Shown here piece by piece: positions 59,150 to 64,000 of a stretch of DNA of 64,000 bases (position 1 is its first letter; each line of letters opens with the position of its first letter). The DNA is from Mobula hypostoma (Eukaryota): the NCBI RefSeq assembly GCF_963921235.1, contig NC_086097.1:26414001-26478000 (forward strand). Reading direction: 5' to 3'. The position numbers and the translations under genes are program-made. Under the pieces are notes generated by a model. That model was not told the DNA's origin. It saw nothing but the letters and a program-made list of their open reading frames with translations, and did no database searches.

Positions 59150-62100
59150 ATGACCAAAAGACATTAGAGCAGATTTAGTCCATCTGGCCCATCGAGTCTG
59201 CTCCACCATTTGATCATATCTGATCCACTTCCCTCTCAACCACATTTTCCTGCCTTCTCCTGTAAATCTTTCATGCCCTCCAAGTACACAACACCCACCC
59301 ATTCTGCTTTGTCTATCCTGTTTGTTATGACTTCAAAGAATTCCAACAGATTTGTCAGGGAAGATTTTCCCTCAAGGAAACCATGCTGACTTTGGCCTAT
59401 TTTATCATGTGCCTCCACGTACCCTGAAACCTTATCTTTAATAATTGACTCCAACATCTTTCCAACCACTGAGGTTAGGCTAACTGGCCTACAACTTCCT
59501 TTCTTTTGCTACCCTCCCTTCTCAAAGAGTGGAGTGACATTTTTCCAGTCCTCCAGAACCATGCCACAATCTAGTGATTCTTGAATGATCATTACTTAAG
59601 CCCCCACAATCTCTTCAGCCACCTCTTTCAGAACTCATGGCTGTTGTCCATCTGCTTTGGGTGATTTATTTGCCTTCAGACCTTTCAGCTTCCTAAGCAT
59701 CTTCTCTCTTATAATAACAACTGCACTCACTCTGTTCCTGACACTCTCAAATATCCGGCATACTGCTAGTGTCTTCCACAGTAAAGACCAATGCAAAATA
59801 CTTATTTAGTTTGCCTGCCATTTCCTTGTGCCCCATTACTATCTCCTCAGCATCATTTTCCAGCAGTGCAATATCTATTCTCACCTCTCTTTTACTCTTT
59901 ACATAGCTGGAAAAAAATTTTGGTGTCCTCTTTTGATATTATTGGCTAGTTTACTTTCATATTTCATAGAAACATAGAAAACCTACAGCACAATACAGCC
60001 CCTTCAGCCCACAAAGCTGCGCTGAACAAGTCCTTACTTTAGAAATTAACTAGGATTACCAACATACCTTTATTTTTCTAAGCTCCGCGTACCTATCCAG
60101 GAGTCTCTTAAAAGACCCTATCATATCCACCTCCACCACCGTTGCCGGCAGCCCATTCCACTCACTCACCACTCTCTACGTAAAAAACTTAACCCTGACA
60201 TTTTCTCTGTACCTACTTTCAAGCACCTTAAAACTGTGCCCTCTCGTGCTAGCCATTACAGTCCTGGAAAAAAGCCTCTGACTATCCACATGATCAATGC
60301 CTCTCATCATCTTATACACCTCTATCAGGTCACCTCTCATCCTCTGTCGCTCCAAGGAGAAAAGGCCGAGTTCACTCAACCTATTCTCATAGGGCATGCT
60401 CCCCAATCCAAGCAACATCCTTGTAAATTTTCTCTGCACCCTTTCTATGGTTTCCACATTCTTCCTGTAGTGAAGCGACCAGAACTGAGCACAGTACTCC
60501 AGTGGGGTCTGACCAGGGTCCTATATAGCTGCAACATTACCACTCAGCTCTTAATCTCAATCCCACAATTGATGAAGGTCAATGCACCATATGCCTTCTT
60601 AACCACACAGTCAACCTGCGCAGCAGCTTTGCACGTCCTGTGGACTCGGACCCCAAGGTCCCTCTGATCCTCCACACTGCCAAGAGTCTTACCATTAATA
60701 CTTTATTCTGCCATCATATTTGATCTATCAAAATGAACCAGCTCACACTTATCTGGGTTGAGCTCCATCTGCCACTTCTCAACCCAGTTTTGCATCCTAT
60801 CAATGTCCCGCTGTAACCTCTGACAGCCCTCCACACGATCCACAACACCCCCAACCTTTGTGTCATCAGCAAATTTACTAACCCATCCCTCCACTTCCTC
60901 ATCCAGGTCATTTATAAAAATCATGAAGAGCAGGGATCCCAGAACAGATCCCTGAGGCACAGCACTGGTCACCAATTCCATGAAGAATATGACCCGTCTA
61001 CAACCACTCTTTGCCTTCTCTGGGCAAGCCAGTTCTGGATCCACAAAGCAATGTCCCCTTGGATCCCATGCCTCCTTACTTTCTTAATAAGCCTTGCATG
61101 GGGTACCTTGTCAAATGCCTTGTTGAAATCCATATACACTATATCTACTGCTCTTCCTTCATCAATGTGTTTAGTCACATCCTCAAAAAATTCAATCAGG
61201 CTCGTAAGGCACGACCGGCCTTTGATAAAGCCATGCTGACTATTCCTAATCATATTATGCATCTCCAAATATTCATAAGTCCTGCCTCTCAGGATCTTCT
61301 CCATCAACTTACCAACCATTGAAGTAAGACTCACTGGTCTATAATTTCCTGGGCTATCTCTACTCCCTTTCTTGAATAAAGTAACAACATCTGCAACTCT
61401 CCAATCCTCTGGAACCTCTCCCGTCCCCATTGATGATGCAAAGATCATCTCCAGAGGCTCAGCAATCTCCTCCCTTGCCTCCCACAGGAGCCTGAGGTAC
61501 ATCTCGTCCGGTTCCAGTGACTTATCCAACTGGATGCTTTCCAAAAGCTCCAGCACATCCTCTTCCTTAATATCTACATGTTCAACTGTTTCCGTCTGCT
61601 GTAAGTCATCCCTACAATCACCAAAGTCCTTTCCCATAGTGAATACTGAAGCAAAGTATTCATTAAGTACCTCTGCTGTCTCCTCCGGTTCCATACACAC
61701 TTTTCCACTGTCACACTTGATTGGTCCTATTCTCTCAAGTCATATCCTCTTGGTCTTCACATACTTGTAGAATGTCTTGGGGTTTTCCTTAATCCTGCTC
61801 GCCAAGGCCTTCTCATGGCCCTTTCTGGCTCTCCAAATTTCATTCTTAAGCTCCTTCCTGCTAGCCTTATAATCTTCTAGATCTCTATCATTACCTAGTT
61901 TTTTGAACCTTTCGTAAACTCTTCTTTTCTTTTTGACTAGATTTACAACAGCCTTTGTACACTACGGTGCCTGTACCCTCCATCATTTCACTGTCCTATT
62001 GGAACGTACCTATGCAGAACTCCACGCAAATATTCCCTGAACATTTGCCACATTTCTTCTGTACGTTTCCCTGAGAACATCTGTTTCCAATTTATGCTTC

Positions 62101-62670
62101 CAAGTTCCTGCCTGATAGCCTCATAGTTACCCTTACTCCAATTAAACGCTTTCCTAACTTGTCTGTTCCTATCCCTCTCCAAACCTGTGGTAAAGGAGAT
62201 AGAATTGTGATCACTATCTCCAAAATGCTCTCCCACTGAGAGACCTGACACCTGTCCAGGTTCATTTCCCAATACCAGATCAAGTACATCTCTCCTCTTG
62301 TGAACTTATGTATATATTTCATCTTTTCACTCCTTACGGCTTTTTTAGTCGCCATCTGATGGTTTTTAAAAGCTTCCCAATCCTCTAACTTCTCACTAAT
62401 ATTTGCTCTATTGTATGCCCTCTCTTTCCCTTTTATGTTGGCACTGACTTCCCTTTCCAGCCATGGTTGTGTCATCCTACCTTTGGAAGACTTCTTCTTC
62501 GGCATGCATCTATCTTGCACCTTCTGAATTAACTCCAGCCATTTGCAGTTCTACTCATGTCACCTTTCAGCTCCTCGCTCATGCCCCTGTAATTCCCCAT
62601 ACTCAACTATAATACTTCTACATCTGACTTTAGCTTCTCCCTCTCATATTGCAGGGTGAATTCTATCAAG
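59150..62670 (-). mobile_element. Older CR1 (59150-59967 and 62314-62670) with a younger CR1 nested at 59968-62313
   Basis: The inner copy encodes the endonuclease end (SDHNSI) and RT (PGNYRPVSLTS, QHGF, YMDFNKAFDKV, VPQGSVLG, KFADDTK) with a (TTTCTATG) tail; 9-bp TSD atatttcat at 59959-59967 and 62314-62322. Confidence 0.9.
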
Positions 62671-63469
62671 ATGATGACACATCACAACAGCAGTGAAAAT
62701 GGAGGAAGGCTGCAGCAGCGAACGACTCCCAGTGGAGACCTGCACTCCATGCCACTGGACCCTAGCTCCGATCAGTCAAGGACTGTATAGTGGCTGCCTG
62801 CGCATCAGCCTCCCCACTTTAAACAAAGTCACACGCAGGCATTCTTCATTAAGGAAATCCACCCTACCATCTCACTAAGTGGACCTGTCTTTACAACCAC
62901 CTGAGGGTCCACCAATAGACAACTCCTTAGGAGAACATTATACAAACTCGAGTGATCGCACTACTATAATCATACAGTAAGATAATACAAAATCTGGTTC
63001 ATGTTTAATATAAGCATCTAGCCAGTTCAAAGTCCTTTGTCATTGTTTTGTTTAACAAAATGAAAACGCAAAGTCAGAATGCAATAGCACAAAATGTGTG
63101 TCTGTCAATTCAGAAATAATGTTCAAGGCTTCCTCAAAAATGTAATGTATGGTTCACCTTTCACAAAATGTACAATTTCAAGGAGCTGCCTGATGGAAGT
63201 GAGCAACCACTGTTCTCCACACAGTGACAGCCAAATACAGATAATCCTTGATAAATCACTGCTTAAGCTTCATCTGGAGTTGAGAGTCTAATTCTGGTCA
63301 CCACTATTTATGAAGGTTGACAGCGCTTTGAAGAGAGTACACAGAGAGAAGAATTACTAGCAGGATTGAGTTGAAGTTATAAAGAGCTGGAAGGTAGGAC
63401 TGCTGTACTTAGAGCAGAAAAGGCAAAGAAGAGACTTAATGGTGTTTCATACTGCATAAAGCAGATTTA

Positions 63470-63645
63470 GTTATCACATATACATTGATACATACAGTGA
63501 AGTGCCATTTGCAGTAACAACCGACATACTTGAGTATGCGCTGGGGCGGGCCGTGAGTGTCACCACACATTTCATAGCGTGCCCATCGTGTTCAGCAGAA
63601 CAACACAGGCAACAACAGTAGAACAGGCTCCTTTCCCATCCACAT

Positions 63646-63679
<34 letters not shown>

Positions 63680-63800
63680 ACCTCCAATCCCAGAACAGGC
63701 TGCCTCCATTCCCCGAACAGGCTGCCTCCATTCCCCAACCACCAGCCCTTGGCCCTGGACTTTCAGAATCACAGACATCCCAACCCTTCAGCCACCACTC
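63470..63800 (-). mobile_element. SINE-like repeat (related to about 6690-7020) with (CA)n and a 22-bp tandem duplication
   Basis: Shared aacaacc.acat..gtgctgggg..gtgtcaccacacatt; (CA)n at about 63655-63678; gaacaggctgcctccattcccc twice (63693-63736). Confidence 0.55.
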
Positions 63801-64000
63801 CCAGCACAGTAACTCTCGCAAAGTCTTGACAAGATCTCCTCCGATTTTACCCTCTTTTGCAAACCGAGTTAATTCCCCCAACACTGACAAAAAAGCCTCC
63901 AGCAAATTTCTACAGATGTACTGTAGGGAGCATTCTAACTGGTTGCAAAACCGTCTGGTATGGAGATACCAATGCACAGGATTGGAAATTCTTGAAAGGG

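Overview
This is eukaryotic (vertebrate) genomic DNA. The repeat landscape (abundant CR1, Rex1/Babar, Penelope pLTR and Tc1 copies) suggests a cartilaginous fish, probably a ray; that assignment is inference. The only host coding sequence I can support is a 137-nt internal exon of FOXN3 on the minus strand (20975-21111), so the rest of the window is probably FOXN3 intron. A large part of it is layered transposable elements: a full-length decayed L1-clade LINE with TSD (8878-15221), a full-length DD34E Tc1 with long TIRs nested in a Tigger-like element, a Tigger4-like element, RTE, L2, CR1 and Rex1 fragments, tRNA-SINEs, and a 6-bp-TSD MITE. The most notable system is a Penelope-like (GIY-YIG) retroelement family. 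Its terminal repeat carries a minimal, dimer-type hammerhead ribozyme motif (AGTC-CTGANGA-stem II-GAAA-CGTC-GACT). There are about 18 pLTR pieces here, about ten with a recognisable hammerhead remnant and two with an intact core. Many are short, often fold-back, insertions with 9-15 bp TSDs. A dense RFX X-box cluster about 1 kb from the FOXN3 exon is a candidate conserved enhancer. Family names come from motif recognition, not database searches.
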